Counted from the stretch's first letter, positions 29,693 to 40,393 are shown. The stretch: 64,000 nt of DNA from an uncultured Spirochaetota bacterium (GCA_963734495.1 CAVTHK010000001.1:768001-832000); one strand, 5' to 3'. Program-made: numbers and translations. Notes: generated from the sequence alone by a model not told the origin.

Positions 29693-30676
29693 TCAGGGCA
29701 TGTCGACGACGACCTTGAGCGCGCCGTCCTCGCGGCTGTGAGCGAGCTCGTACGCCTCCGCGACGCGCGTGAGGGGGAAGTGGTGCGTGACCATGCCGCT
29801 CGCGTCGACCTCGCGCGAGGCGAGCAGCTCCAGGGCCAGGCGGAAATGCCACTTGTCCGGCTCGTAGGAGGAGCGGCCGGTGCTGTGGGTGGTGCAGTAC
29901 TTGCGGAACAGCGTCCAGTAGTCGAGCGGGAAACCCGCGGCATGGGGGACGCCGAAGAACTGGATCCTCCCGCCGACGCGCACGAGAGCGATGGCGAGGT
30001 TGATCCCGGAGGGCTCGCCGCAGGCCTCCACCACGAGGTCCGGCAGCTCGCCGCCGGTGATCGCCTTGACGGCGGTCACGGCTTCGGTGGCACCCAGCCG
30101 GGAGTTGTCGATCGAGTGAGTGGCACCGAAGCGAAGGGCGGCCCGCACGCGCGCCTCCGCGAGGTCGAGCGCGATCACCCGGGCAGCGCCGAGCCTGCGG
30201 AGCACGCTGTCCCAGAACAGGCCCGCCGACCCCTGGCCGATGACGGCCGCGGTGCGCCCGACCATCGGCGGGAGGAATCTGGCCGCGTACAGCACGGTCC
30301 CCAGCTGCTGCGCCATCAGCAGCTCGTCGTCGGGCGCGCCCGGCGGGAGCGGGAGCACGCACGCCGCGGGGGCGGCGACCTTCTCCATCATCGAGTTCTC
30401 TTCAGGGGAGAGGACGAGCGCGCGCTGGCCGACGCGGATCGAGTCCGCGCCGTTGACAGCCTCCACCGTGCCGATCAGCTCATGCCCAGGGGCCCCTACG
30501 GGCAGCGGAAGGTCCTGGGGCTGCGGGTAGTAGAGGCGGCGCAGGTCGCTTCCGCAGAGCGCGACGCGCTCGATGCGCACGAGCGCCTGGCCGGCCTGCG
30601 GGACCGGGCTCGGGACGTCGACCAGCTCGACCCGGCCGATTCCGGGGCTCCTGAGGGCCTTGATCACAGCCACCAC
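29693..30676 (-). CDS. Zinc-binding (MDR) dehydrogenase
   Basis: CGSD, GHE, GQGSAG; structural-zinc lobe absent. Confidence 0.9.
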   Translation of the reverse strand: MVAVIKALRSPGIGRVELVDVPSPVPQAGQALVRIERVALCGSDLRRLYYPQPQDLPLPVGAPGHELIGTVEAVNGADSIRVGQRALVLSPEENSMMEKVAAPAACVLPLPPGAPDDELLMAQQLGTVLYAARFLPPMVGRTAAVIGQGSAGLFWDSVLRRLGAARVIALDLAEARVRAALRFGATHSIDNSRLGATEAVTAVKAITGGELPDLVVEACGEPSGINLAIALVRVGGRIQFFGVPHAAGFPLDYWTLFRKYCTTHSTGRSSYEPDKWHFRLALELLASREVDASGMVTHHFPLTRVAEAYELAHSREDGALKVVVDMP

Positions 30677-30691
30677 CTCACAGCCGCCCCT

Positions 30692-32959
30692 TCACAGCCA
30701 CCACCGGGTCCAGGCGCCCAGCCTCCTGTGCGCCTTGACGATCACGAGCGGCCTGCGGCAGCGGCGCGCGATCGCTTCGGGCATCGAAAGCGAGCCGAAG
30801 CGGGGCACCAGCAGCTCCCTGACGCCGAGGACGACGAGGTCGTAGCGCGGCGCCCGGCGGATCACGGCGCGGGACATGTCGGAGACCGTGGCGGTCTGCG
30901 TGCGCAGCTCCACCGTGTGCAGGTCCGTGCGGGCCAGGAGCTGGTCGAACTTCTTGCGGATCTGCTTGCGGCCGCCCCAGCTGCGCGGCAGCAGCGCCTT
31001 GATGCGGCCGCCTTCGGTCTCGGCCATCAGAACCGCCGTGCGAAGTGCCAGCACGTCGCTCGGGCTGCCGAAGATCGGCACGAGGATGTTCCTGAAGACC
31101 CTGTCGCCGCAGTCCTTGAAGACGACGACGTCGCAGGGCGCGCGGGCGAGCACGGGGTCGAGGGTGCTGCCGATGCGGGACTTCTGCCCGCGGTTCTGGC
31201 CGTGCCAGCCGAGGACGAGCGTGCGTACCTTGCGCTCGCGCACCGCGCTCACGATCCCGCGGGCGATGTTGCGGCAGTAGCGCACCGTCGTCGTTACGGG
31301 GTAGCGCGAGTACAGGTAGAGCATCGCCTCGACCAGGCCTTCCTTGCCTTCCTTCATGTAGGCCTTGGCGTCCGAGAGCGAGACCGGCGCCGGGGCCGGC
31401 ACCATGTGCAGCAGCTGCATGCGCGTGTCGGTCTCCGCGCACAGCCGCACGGTGCTGCCGACCAGGGATAGGGCGTTCTGCGGGTTGGAGATCGCGATCA
31501 TCAGGTCGTTGCCCTTGCCCGGCTGCGGCGCGACCCCCGTCTCCTCCAGCACGAGGCCCTCGTCCGGGGCCGGCAGCGCGTGGTGCTGCGAGTACAGCCG
31601 GTACACGAGGAGGCCCGCGAGGATCCAGACCTGCGGCAGGAGCCACGCGAGCCTGCTCACGCGGGCCAGCGCCAGGCCGAGGAAGATGTGCACGACCAGC
31701 GCCACGATCTGCGGCACCGGGAAGGCCGGGCGTGATGAAGCCGTAGCGCAGCTCGTGGCCCGCGCTCGAAGCGGGCGCGGATCGCCGCCAGGTTCACCAC
31801 GGAAAAGACGAGCAGGAACATCAGGCTCGCGCCCGCGGCCAGGTCCGTCAGCGGCACCAGCAGCGTCGCGGGAATCACGATCGCCGCGGTGACGGCGAGC
31901 GCTCCCACCGGCGTGCCGCCGCTCGGGGAAAGCTGGGAGACCAGCGAAGGGAGCATCCGGTCGCGGCCCAGGGCGTAGGCGCTGCGCGCGGCCGAGGCGA
32001 TGGTGGCGTTGAGGGCGAGCCCGCAGGCAAAGACCACCGCCAGCGTCGGCAGCAGCCAGTCCCCGGGCAGGATGCGGGACGCCGCCTCCCCGAAGCCCGT
32101 GGCCCCGTAGGACGCGACCCACTGCCAGGCCGCGGCCCGGCCCCCGCCCGGCTCGACGCCGACGACGGACGCGAACGCGACGACCAGGTACGCGACGGTG
32201 CCGGCGAGGACCGCGTACAGCATGGCCTTGGGGAGGTTCCTGCGGGGCTTCGTCGCCTCCTCGCCCGCCTGGGCGATCAGCTCGAAGCCTTCGAAGGCGA
32301 CGAACGTCAGGCCCATCGCCACGGGCAGGGGCGACCAGCCGAAGGGCAGGAACGTGGTGAACGCGGAGAGGCGCGAGGGCTGCTTGAAAGCGGCCGTCAC
32401 GGCGAGCACGCCCATCAGCGCGAAGAGGACCAGCAGGAACACCGTGATGCGGGTGGAGTGGCGTCCCGTCCCCTCCGCGCCCACCCAGTGCACCGCGAGG
32501 AAGACGACGGCCACGCCCGCGGCCATGAGCCGTTCGGTCGGCAGCACCAGGCCCACGGGCATCCAGCGGAGCAGGCCCAGGCCGTTGAGGAAGTGCACGG
32601 CGTACAGCGCGAGGGTCGTGGCGTACATGGCGCGCGGCCATGCTCGCCGCCAGCCATTCCATCCACCCGGCCATGAAGCCGAGCCGCCTGCCGAACGCGA
32701 GGCGCGCGAAATCGTAGGCCCCGCCGGCGCTGGAAGCCGCGGAGCTGAGCTCCGCGTACGACATGGCGGTGAGCATGGCGAGAAGGCCATTGAGAGCAAA
32801 GGTGAGAAGAAGGCCCCCCGGCCCCGCGATGGCGATCGATGTGCCGATGCCGAAAAAGACCCCCGCGCCGATCATGACGCCGAGGCCCCTCATGGTGAGC
32901 TGGTACAGGCCGAGCTCGCGGGAGAGCTCGGTCGTGTAGGCCCGGGTATCAAGAGCCAT
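30692..32959 (-). CDS. APC-family amino acid permease fused to two universal stress protein domains; three compensating indels (near 32635, 31760, 31730)
   Basis: MIGAGVF, SYAEL, AFEGFELIAQAGEE...P.RNLPKA (middle in another frame); USP motifs LVLGW...GSTLDPV...APCDV and DLVVLG....PLVIVK. Confidence 0.88.
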   Translation of the reverse strand: MALDTRAYTTELSRELGLYQLTMRGLGVMIGAGVFFGIGTSIAIAGPGGLLLTFALNGLLAMLTAMSYAELSSAASSAGGAYDFARLAFGRRLGFMAGWMEWLAASMAARHVRHDPRAVRRALPQRPGPAPLDARGPGAADRTAHGRGRGRRLPRGALGGRGGDGTPLHPHHGVPAGPLRADGRARRDGRFQAALAPLRVHHVPALRLVAPARGDGPDVRRLRRLRADRPGGRGGDEAPQEPPQGHAVRGPRRHRRVPGRRVRVRRRRRAGRGPGRGLAVGRVLRGHGLRGGGVPHPARGLAAADAGGGLCLRARPQRHHRLGRAQRLRPGPRPDAPFAGLPAFPERRHAGGSARRHRGDRDSRDAAGAADGPGRGREPDVPARLFRGEPGGDPRPLRARATSCATASSRPAFPVPQIVALVVHIFLGLALARVSRLAWLLPQVWILAGLLVYRLYSQHHALPAPDEGLVLEETGVAPQPGKGNDLMIAISNPQNALSLVGSTVRLCAETDTRMQLLHMVPAPAPVSLSDAKAYMKEGKEGLVEAMLYLYSRYPVTTTVRYCRNIARGIVSAVRERKVRTLVLGWHGQNRGQKSRIGSTLDPVLARAPCDVVVFKDCGDRVFRNILVPIFGSPSDVLALRTAVLMAETEGGRIKALLPRSWGGRKQIRKKFDQLLARTDLHTVELRTQTATVSDMSRAVIRRAPRYDLVVLGVRELLVPRFGSLSMPEAIARRCRRPLVIVKAHRRLGAWTRWWL

Positions 32960-33107
32960 GCAGCTCCTTCATGATCTCCTGGAGCGAAGGCTGGGAAAGG
33001 CGGGCGATCTTTTCTATGCGGTTGCGGCAGACGATGACGAGGGCGACCGTGGCGCCGAGGCTCCCGACGATGGCCACGACGCCCACGATCAGGTCGAATC
33101 GGCCCAT
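32949..33107 (-). CDS. Small (52 aa) single-TM protein overlapping the APC-USP start
   Basis: MGRFDLIVGVVAIVGSLGATVALVIV...; TTGACA-18-TACCGT-6-ATG upstream; overlaps the next start. Confidence 0.65.
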   Translation of the reverse strand: MGRFDLIVGVVAIVGSLGATVALVIVCRNRIEKIARLSQPSLQEIMKELHGS

Positions 33108-33139
33108 GTTGGCACGGTACTGGCGGACTCCGGCAGCTG

Positions 33140-34051
33140 TCAACTGCCGGCCGGACCGGTCCCGGCAGGGCGTTCCTGGCTCGCCGGGCCCCCGGCGGGG
33201 GCCCGGGGGCCGGCCGGGGGCCTGCGATCCTTCTCCCAGACCTCCAGGGCGAGGGAGTATGCGCGCCAAACGAGGTCTGCCGCCGCCCCCTTCTGCCCCG
33301 ATTCCACGAACTTCTCGGCCCGCCGGAGCGCCTCGTCCGCGGGCCGGTATTCGGCGATCTGTTTGCGCTGCCCGAGGTCGGTGATCAGCAGGCGCGCCAG
33401 GTAGAGGTTGTCGTCGAGGACGTCGGCGTTGGCCATCGGGATCCCCTGGAAGTAGGCCAGCCGGTCCGCCATGCCCGTGTCCCGGAACGGGGCGGGGTTG
33501 CGGGCCGCCTGCGCCAGCCCCCGCCCCCGGGGACCCGCCTCCTGGAGCATGCGGTTCAGGTTGAAGCGCGTGACGGGCATGGGCTGCATGCCCCGGTAGC
33601 CGCAGAGGAAGAACAGGCCGTAGTAGATCGCCTGCAGCGACGTGAGGGCTCCCTTGCCGGTGCCTCCGGCCACCGTTATCCCCAGGGCGGGCTTGCCGTT
33701 GGTGGGCAGGAACGGCCCGAAGGGGCTGCTGCGGGGCGGCACGCGCACCTTGTCGATGAAGTCCTTGGCCAGGCCGCAGATGCCGTGCATGTAGACAGGG
33801 GCGGCAAAGACGAGGGCGTCCGCCGCGGCCATCGCGCGGTTGCGCGCGCCGGCGCCGGGGTCGAAGGCGCACTCGCCGGTCTCCCAGCAGTCGGCGCCCC
33901 TGCACCCGCGGCACGCCTTGATGTCGTGGTCCGCGAGGAACATCGTCTCGACCTCGGCCCCGGCGCCGGAAGCGCCCGCCAGCACCGCCTCGACGACACT
34001 GGCCGTGAGGCCGTCCTTGTGCGGGCTGGCCACGATTGCGAGCACCTTCAC
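33140..34051 (-). CDS. Flavodoxin / iron-sulfur flavoprotein (NADPH-dependent FMN reductase family) with C-terminal extension
   Basis: MKVLAI.ASP...G.T, CRGC....C.....C, AAPVY. Confidence 0.85.
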   Translation of the reverse strand: MKVLAIVASPHKDGLTASVVEAVLAGASGAGAEVETMFLADHDIKACRGCRGADCWETGECAFDPGAGARNRAMAAADALVFAAPVYMHGICGLAKDFIDKVRVPPRSSPFGPFLPTNGKPALGITVAGGTGKGALTSLQAIYYGLFFLCGYRGMQPMPVTRFNLNRMLQEAGPRGRGLAQAARNPAPFRDTGMADRLAYFQGIPMANADVLDDNLYLARLLITDLGQRKQIAEYRPADEALRRAEKFVESGQKGAAADLVWRAYSLALEVWEKDRRPPAGPRAPAGGPASQERPAGTGPAGS

Positions 34052-34091
34052 CTTGTTTCTCTCCCCTGGCCGGCCGGCCGTCGCCCCCGCG

Positions 34092-35015
34092 CTACTCCGC
34101 GAAGAGCACGGTGCTCAGGTAGCGTTCGCCGCTGTCGCAGATCACCGTCACGATCGTCCTGCCGCGGCTCTCCGGCCTGCGGGCGACCTGGAGCGCGGCC
34201 CACACGTTGGCGCCCGAGGAGATGCCGGCGAGCATCCCCTCCTGTCGCGCCAGCTCGCGGGCGGTGCGCAGGGCGTCCTCGTTGCGCACCGTCACGATCT
34301 CGTCGATCACGTCGCGGTTGAGGACTTCGGGCACGAAGCCGGCCCCGATCCCCTGGATCATGTGCGGTCCCGCCTTGCCGCCCGAGAGGACCGGCGAGTC
34401 CGCGGGCTCGACAGCCACGATCCGGCAGCCGGGCCTGCGCGCCTTGAGCACTTCGCCGACGCCCGTGATCGTCCCGCCCGTGCCCACGCCGGCGACGAAG
34501 AAGTCGACCTCGCCCTCGGTGTCCTTCCATATCTCCTCGGCCGTCGTGCGGCGGTGGATCTCGGGGTTCGCCGGGTTGGCGAACTGCAGCGGCATGAAGG
34601 CGTCGCCGATCTCGGCGACCAGCGCCCTCGCCTTCGCGATCGCGCCGTTCATCGCCTTGTGCCCTTCGGTGAGCACGACCTCTGCTCCGAGAGCGGCGAG
34701 GAGGCTCCGCCGCTCGATGCTCATGGTGTCCGGCATCGTGAGGATGACGCGGTAGCCTTTGACCGCCGCCACCCAGGCGAGACCGATGCCCGTGTTGCCC
34801 GAAGTGGGCTCCACGATGACGGTCGAGGGCTTGAGGCGGCCCGCCTTCTCCGCGGCCTCGATCATGGAGAGCCCGATCCGGTCCTTGACGCTGCCGCCGG
34901 GGTTGGCCGATTCGAGCTTGCCGAGGACCGTCGCCTCGACGCCCTTCGTGATCCGGTTGAGGCGCACCAGGGGGGTGCCGCCGACGGCTTCCGTCAGATC
35001 CTTGTAGTAGCCCAC
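34092..35015 (-). CDS. cysK: Cysteine synthase A
   Basis: [45 protein letters not shown]. Confidence 0.96.
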   Translation of the reverse strand: MGYYKDLTEAVGGTPLVRLNRITKGVEATVLGKLESANPGGSVKDRIGLSMIEAAEKAGRLKPSTVIVEPTSGNTGIGLAWVAAVKGYRVILTMPDTMSIERRSLLAALGAEVVLTEGHKAMNGAIAKARALVAEIGDAFMPLQFANPANPEIHRRTTAEEIWKDTEGEVDFFVAGVGTGGTITGVGEVLKARRPGCRIVAVEPADSPVLSGGKAGPHMIQGIGAGFVPEVLNRDVIDEIVTVRNEDALRTARELARQEGMLAGISSGANVWAALQVARRPESRGRTIVTVICDSGERYLSTVLFAE

Positions 35016-35102
35016 TCGAGACCTCCTCGGTTTGCTGCCGCGGGCGCGCGTCGCCGGCCCGCCTCGCGGCGAATGCGGCGCCCCTGCGGTCGCGCCGCGC
35101 GC

Positions 35103-36188
35103 CTACAGCCTCTCCCGGATCCGCGCCGCGAGCCGCTCGCCGATCTGCTCCATGCCCGCGGGCGAGGGGTGCAGCAGGTCCGCGCTCAGGCCGGCGAAGC
35201 CCTCGAGCAGCGACGGGCCCGGCAGGTGCACCACCCGCGGGGAGCGCAGCGATTCGACCTTGGCGCGGACGATTCCGCGGAAGCGGGCGACTTTGTCCGG
35301 GTCCAGCCGTTCCTGGCGGCACGGGAACAGGTCTATGCAGAAGACGGGCCTCGCCGGCGCCGCCGCTGCCACGGTCCCCACGAACCGGTCGACGAGGCGC
35401 TCGAACTCGTCGGGGCCGATGAACGAGACCAGGTTGATCCCCAGCTCGAGCGTGGCGAAATCCCAGTCGCCGCGGGCGGCGAGCCAGGCCGCCATCTCAG
35501 GCTCCAGCTTTGCTCCACCGCCGAAGCCCATGTTGATCAGGTCGGCGCCGAGCCGCTGCGCGCATCGCTGCGCGTAGGTGCCCCCGGGCCTGATCGAAAC
35601 CGACCCGTGCGTGATCGACGAGCCGTACGCCAGGTAACGGCGCTTCGGCGTCTGATCCGGGCGTGGGAGCTCGACGTCCCCCTCGAAGTCGATGAGCTTG
35701 ACCGGGGGCCGCCAGGGGAGAAGGACGCGCGTGAGGGACGGGTCGAACGGAAGCGCCTCTTCGCGCGCCACCTCCGCGAGCATCCGCTGATGCTCGGGCG
35801 GGGCCACCGTGACGGTGGTCGGCTCGAGGCCGATGACGTGCCAGTCCGCGAGAAACGAGCCCTGCCACACCTCGACGATCGCGGTCCTCTGCAGAGCCTT
35901 GAGCGTCAGCCGGGCACGGCTTCCCCTGCCGCTTCCCCTGAGGTTGAAGCGCACCTCGGCGCCCGTGGTCGCCAGGGCCCCGATCTGCCCCCGCGTATGG
36001 AGCCCGCGGCGCAGGGCGTCGGGGACCCGGCTGAACCAGAGCCCTTCCGCCGCCGCTCCCGGGCGGTTCTCCCACGGCAGAACGCCCGGCTCCTCGAGCG
36101 CGGCGCGGGCCTCGGGCGCGAGCACGGCGGAGAGGTCCCCCTCGAGGAGCTCCGCGATGTTGTACAGCTCGGCGCCGCGGTAGACCAT
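35103..36188 (-). CDS. SGNH/GDSL hydrolase
   Basis: YGSSITHG, NMGFGG, ELGIN, D.LHP. Confidence 0.88.
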   Translation of the reverse strand: MVYRGAELYNIAELLEGDLSAVLAPEARAALEEPGVLPWENRPGAAAEGLWFSRVPDALRRGLHTRGQIGALATTGAEVRFNLRGSGRGSRARLTLKALQRTAIVEVWQGSFLADWHVIGLEPTTVTVAPPEHQRMLAEVAREEALPFDPSLTRVLLPWRPPVKLIDFEGDVELPRPDQTPKRRYLAYGSSITHGSVSIRPGGTYAQRCAQRLGADLINMGFGGGAKLEPEMAAWLAARGDWDFATLELGINLVSFIGPDEFERLVDRFVGTVAAAAPARPVFCIDLFPCRQERLDPDKVARFRGIVRAKVESLRSPRVVHLPGPSLLEGFAGLSADLLHPSPAGMEQIGERLAARIRERL

Positions 36189-36207
36189 CCTGGAGACGGC
36201 CCCGGCC

Positions 36208-37050
36208 CTATGCGCGCACGAGCGAGCCCTTGGAGCGGGTGGCCTGCAGCGCGACGGAGGGCCCGGTCCGCTGGATCTGGGCCAGCGAGATGTCGATGCA
36301 CTCGCGCGCCTCGTCGGGCGTGAGGCAGCCGACGCAGACCATGTCCTGCTCGCGCAGCGTGGCCCAGCTGAAAGCGAGCCCCACCAGCGGCAGGAGCCTC
36401 CCGGCCGCCAGCGGCTTGATCGTGATCACCGGCTTCTTCGCGCCCCAGATGACGCGGTGGACCCAGTCCACCTCGACCTGCATGAGGAAGCCGATGGCGT
36501 TGTAGATCTGGATGTAGGTCCCGACGTCCAGCCCGCTCTCGTCGGCGTAGACGATCGCCTCCGGCATGTGGGTCGAGAGCCCGGGGATCATCCCGCGCTC
36601 GCGGATCCAGGCGGCGTACCGGTCCATGTCGCGGATGCGCCGGATCCGGCGGTCGAGCAGGGCGTCGGTCGTGACCTGATGCGGGAGGCAGAGCTCGCAG
36701 CCGATCCCGGCGAATGCGTCCAGAGTCCTGCGGATCTCGTCCTCGGCCTGCGGCGTGCCGGCCAGGTTGAAGTGCGGGATCCCGATCCGGATGCAGTGGC
36801 GGCCGGCGCGCTGCTCGGCCTCCTTGACGGCCCGGCTCAGATGCTCCGATTCGGGCCGCACGCCGTAGATGGCGTCGGCGCCGGCGCGGAGGAAGACTTC
36901 CACGACGTCCGCGAGCCTCTCCGCGCTCTGATGATCCTTGATGAAGTCGTCCTTGGCGCGGCTCGTGTGGGAATAGCCAAGGAACCAGTTGGTCCCGATG
37001 ATGAGCCTCGGGACCGAGAGGCGCTCGATCTGCGTTCTGGGGAACTCCAC
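36208..37050 (-). CDS. Aldo/keto-reductase-like TIM-barrel protein
   Basis: P.LIIGTN, GLSTH, IKPLAAGR; TTGACC-18-TATACT promoter and GAGGAG RBS. Confidence 0.7.
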   Translation of the reverse strand: MEFPRTQIERLSVPRLIIGTNWFLGYSHTSRAKDDFIKDHQSAERLADVVEVFLRAGADAIYGVRPESEHLSRAVKEAEQRAGRHCIRIGIPHFNLAGTPQAEDEIRRTLDAFAGIGCELCLPHQVTTDALLDRRIRRIRDMDRYAAWIRERGMIPGLSTHMPEAIVYADESGLDVGTYIQIYNAIGFLMQVEVDWVHRVIWGAKKPVITIKPLAAGRLLPLVGLAFSWATLREQDMVCVGCLTPDEARECIDISLAQIQRTGPSVALQATRSKGSLVRA

Positions 37051-37096
37051 GGGGGTCTCCTCGGATTCGCAGTATAGCGGTCCGCCCCCCGGCAGG

Positions 37097-37423
37097 TCAA
37101 AAGGCACCCTGTGTCAGCCCGGCCCTCACCTCGGCGACGCGCGCCCGCATCAGCGCGACCTCGGGCCCGAGCCCGGTCACGCGTCCGGCCGCGGCGCCCG
37201 CCTCGACTGCGGCGGCAGCCCGCGCGATATCCTGGAGCTCCAGGCCGGCCGCCGCCCCCTTGATCTGGTGCGCGATCCGGCGCGCGGCAGGCCCGTCGCC
37301 CGCGGCCAGGCTCCGCTCGAGATCCAGCAGGTCCTTCTCCGTGACCTCCACGAAGCGCGAAAGGAGGCCCCGCACGCTCTCCACGTCGAACCCCAGATCC
37401 CGCGCGAGGCCGGACAAGTCCAT
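37097..37423 (-). CDS. Stand-alone Hpt (histidine phosphotransfer) protein
   Basis: AHQIKGAA motif in a small helical protein. Confidence 0.88.
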   Translation of the reverse strand: MDLSGLARDLGFDVESVRGLLSRFVEVTEKDLLDLERSLAAGDGPAARRIAHQIKGAAAGLELQDIARAAAAVEAGAAAGRVTGLGPEVALMRARVAEVRAGLTQGAF

Positions 37424-37547
37424 ATGACTGCACGATAGACCGGGCCGGGGTGCGAAGCAACCTGATGAGTACATCAGGCAGACGCCGCGCGCCGGGGGCA
37501 GCGGCCGGCCGGCTGGTCCGCCCGCCGGGGCGGGCTATATTCGTTAC

Positions 37548-38057
37548 GTGAGATTCCTCTCCGTAGTGATGGCAGCCCTCTCCCTCCTCGCCTGGCCCGC
37601 GCACGCCCGCGGGTCCAGGGAAACGGGAACGGTCCCGGAGGGCCGCGTTCTCCTCGTCTACCCCCTGGGCGCAGAGCCCGACCGGATGGTCCGCGAGCGG
37701 CTCGATCTTCCCGACTCGGCCTCGGCGCTCTTCTGGTCGAGCTACCGTGTCGAAGGCGGCCGCTTGTCCATCGAGCGGTCCGGCGCATACTCCCTGCCGC
37801 GCCTGGTCTCGCGGCGGGAGGACGGTCCGTTCGCCGTATACGAGTACCGCGTCTCCATGACCCCCGCGGACAAGGGGCGGCGCCGGATCGAGGTGAGTTT
37901 CACCGTCGAAGACGCCAGGTCTGCGGGCCTCCAGCCCGCCCCCTTCGCGGTGCGCGAAGGAGTGCATCAGGGCGGGGCTGCTTCCGGCTCGGTCCGGCTC
38001 GTCGAAATCGATCACGACGGCAGGTCGCGTTTCCGGGCGATCGTCGAGCTGAACTAG
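37548..38057 (+). CDS. Hypothetical secreted protein
   Basis: Signal peptide ending AHA, followed by RGSRE; TATATT 6 nt before GTG. Confidence 0.7.
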   Translation: MRFLSVVMAALSLLAWPAHARGSRETGTVPEGRVLLVYPLGAEPDRMVRERLDLPDSASALFWSSYRVEGGRLSIERSGAYSLPRLVSRREDGPFAVYEYRVSMTPADKGRRRIEVSFTVEDARSAGLQPAPFAVREGVHQGGAASGSVRLVEIDHDGRSRFRAIVELN

Positions 38058-38114
38058 CCAGCCCCCCCGGGCGGCCCCTCGCCACCCCGGCCGGGCCGTT
38101 GTATCATGGCGAAC

Positions 38115-39011
38115 ATGACGCGCCGCCGGTTCCTGAAGCTGACCCTGGGAGCAGCCGCCTTCGCGGCCGCGGCCCCGCGCCTGTTCCCGCGCGGCCTGGA
38201 CACCTGGGACGTCGGGATCGCGGTGGACGCCGACTACGAGCGCGCGGTCCGCAGGGCGGTGGAGCTGGTCGGCGGCATCCGCAGCTTCGTCAAGCGCGGC
38301 GACACGGTGACGGTCAAGCCGAACATCGGATGGAACTCGACTCCTGAGCTGCACGCGTGCACGCACCCCCTCGTCGTGCGGACGGTGGTCGCGCTCTGCT
38401 TCGAGGCGGGGGCCTCGAAGGTCTACGTGTTCGACCGCCCGGTGAACAACCCCGAGCTCACCTACGTCACCTCCGGCATCGCGGCCGCGGCCCGTGAGGC
38501 GGGGGCCCGGGTGGAGCAGCCGGGCCGGATCGACGAGTCGCGCTATCGGAAGATCAAGGTGCAGGGCGGCACGTACCTCAAGGAGACGCTGGTCGCGAAG
38601 CGCCTGCTCGAGAGCGACGTCATGATCAACGTGCCTGTCGCCAAGCATCATTCCTCCTCCGGGCTCACGATCGGCATGAAGAACCTGATGGGTGTCACCG
38701 GCGACGACCGCTCGCGCTGGCACTGGCAGCTCCACGAGGCGATCGCGGACATCAACCTCGCTGTCAGGAGCCACCTCACGGTCGTCGACGCCACATGGAT
38801 CATGCGCCGCGGCGGGCCCACGGGTGGAAGCCTCTCCTTTCTCGAGCGGAAGGACATGGTGATCGCGTCGACGAACGTGGTCTCGGCGGACGCCGAGGCG
38901 GCGGCGCTGTTCGGCGTGCAGCCCGCGGGCATCGCCCACCTCAAGCTCGCCGAGGCCAAAGGGATCGGCCGCCTCTCGGGCTACAGCGTCGGGAGGGCGA
39001 TCGGCGCGTGA
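38115..39011 (+). CDS. DUF362 domain protein with Tat signal
   Basis: TRRRFLK; VKPN, THP.VV, NVPVAKHH....T.GMKNLMG. Confidence 0.9.
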   Translation: MTRRRFLKLTLGAAAFAAAAPRLFPRGLDTWDVGIAVDADYERAVRRAVELVGGIRSFVKRGDTVTVKPNIGWNSTPELHACTHPLVVRTVVALCFEAGASKVYVFDRPVNNPELTYVTSGIAAAAREAGARVEQPGRIDESRYRKIKVQGGTYLKETLVAKRLLESDVMINVPVAKHHSSSGLTIGMKNLMGVTGDDRSRWHWQLHEAIADINLAVRSHLTVVDATWIMRRGGPTGGSLSFLERKDMVIASTNVVSADAEAAALFGVQPAGIAHLKLAEAKGIGRLSGYSVGRAIGA

Positions 39012-40393
39012 CCGCCCGGACAGCGAAGAGGCTCAAGGCCCTGCGCATCGGTTCGCAGGCGCTCTTTGCGGCCGCCTTCGTCCTCACGTACCTGATCTCG
39101 CTCGACCCGTTCGCGGCCTCGGAGAACTTCTTCCTCAGGTCGGACCCTCTCGTCTTCCTCACCCATATGAAGGTCGAGCCCGCGGCGCTGGCGCTCATGA
39201 TCGCCCTGCTCGCCGCCGCCGCGCTCGCCGGGCGCGTGTTCTGCGGCTGGATCTGTCCGCTCGGCGGCCTGATCGACCTGCTCGACCTCGCGGCCTCGCC
39301 GCTGCGCGCCCTCGCGCGCCGGCTCCTCGCCCGCGGGCGACCGGCGGCCGGCCGGCCGCTCCCGCGCCTGACGGACCTGCCGCCGTCGGTGTTCCTGCTG
39401 GGCCTGCTCGTGCCCTCGCTGTTCCTCGCGCCTCCCGTGCTGCAGTTCCTCCACCCGAACGTCTGGGCCGTGCGCATCGTCTCGCTCACCGGGCCCGGCC
39501 TCGCGTTCGCCGGGCTGCTCGCGCTCGCGAGCCTGTGGGACCGCCGGCTCTGGTGCCGGTTCGTCTGCCCGCTCGGCGCCCTCTACGGCCTCGCCGGCCG
39601 CCTCGCGCCGCTGCGCCTGCGCATCGCCGCGTGCAGCTCCTGCGGCAGGTGCGACCGCTGCCCGATGGGCGCCGCGGACGCGCGGGCGCGCGTCACGCTC
39701 GCGCACCAGTGCATCCTCTGCTTCGACTACGAGCACCGCTGCCCGACGGAGGGCTTCCGCTTCGGCCGCGCGCCCGCGCCCGCGGCGGCGCCCGACCCCG
39801 GCCGCCGCGAGTTCCTGCGGCAGGCGGGCCTGCTCGCGGCAGGCGCCGTTGCCGCGGGCCTCGTCGGCTTTCCGCGGCCGCGCGTGTCGACGCCGCTGCT
39901 GCGGCCGCCGGGCGTCGTCGACGAGACGCGTTTCGTCGAGCGTTGCCTCCGCTGCCTGCAGTGCGTGCGCTCGTGTCCCAACGGCATCATCAAGCCCACG
40001 GGGTTTGAAGCCGGCGCGGCGAGCCTGATGACGCCTCACCTCGAGTTCGGGGAGTACGGCTGCGACTATCTCTGCCAGGTCTGCCAGCGCGTCTGCCCCA
40101 ACTTCGCCATCCCGCTGCAGACGCTCGCCGAGAAGCAGCTCACTCCGATCGGCAGGGCGGCGATCGCGGAAAAGGACTGCGTCGTGTTCCGCGACCGCAT
40201 CAACTGCCTCGTGTGCGAGGAGGTCTGTCCGGTTCCCGGCAAGGCGATCGGCATCCGCGAGGAGGCCGCCGCCGGCGGCCGGGAAGCGGCGCTCCGCTAC
40301 CCGGTGATGCGCGAGGAGCGGTGCAACGGGTGCGGCATCTGCGAGGCCGCCTGCCCCGCGACGCCGCTGGCGATCAGGGTGCGCAAGGTCTGA
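39008..40393 (+). CDS. Membrane polyferredoxin (NapH/MauN-like fused to NapG/MauM-like 4Fe-4S domain)
   Basis: FCGWICPLG, WCRFVCPLG, RREFL, LRPPG, multiple CxxCxxCxxxCP. Confidence 0.9.
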   Translation: MTARTAKRLKALRIGSQALFAAAFVLTYLISLDPFAASENFFLRSDPLVFLTHMKVEPAALALMIALLAAAALAGRVFCGWICPLGGLIDLLDLAASPLRALARRLLARGRPAAGRPLPRLTDLPPSVFLLGLLVPSLFLAPPVLQFLHPNVWAVRIVSLTGPGLAFAGLLALASLWDRRLWCRFVCPLGALYGLAGRLAPLRLRIAACSSCGRCDRCPMGAADARARVTLAHQCILCFDYEHRCPTEGFRFGRAPAPAAAPDPGRREFLRQAGLLAAGAVAAGLVGFPRPRVSTPLLRPPGVVDETRFVERCLRCLQCVRSCPNGIIKPTGFEAGAASLMTPHLEFGEYGCDYLCQVCQRVCPNFAIPLQTLAEKQLTPIGRAAIAEKDCVVFRDRINCLVCEEVCPVPGKAIGIREEAAAGGREAALRYPVMREERCNGCGICEAACPATPLAIRVRKV

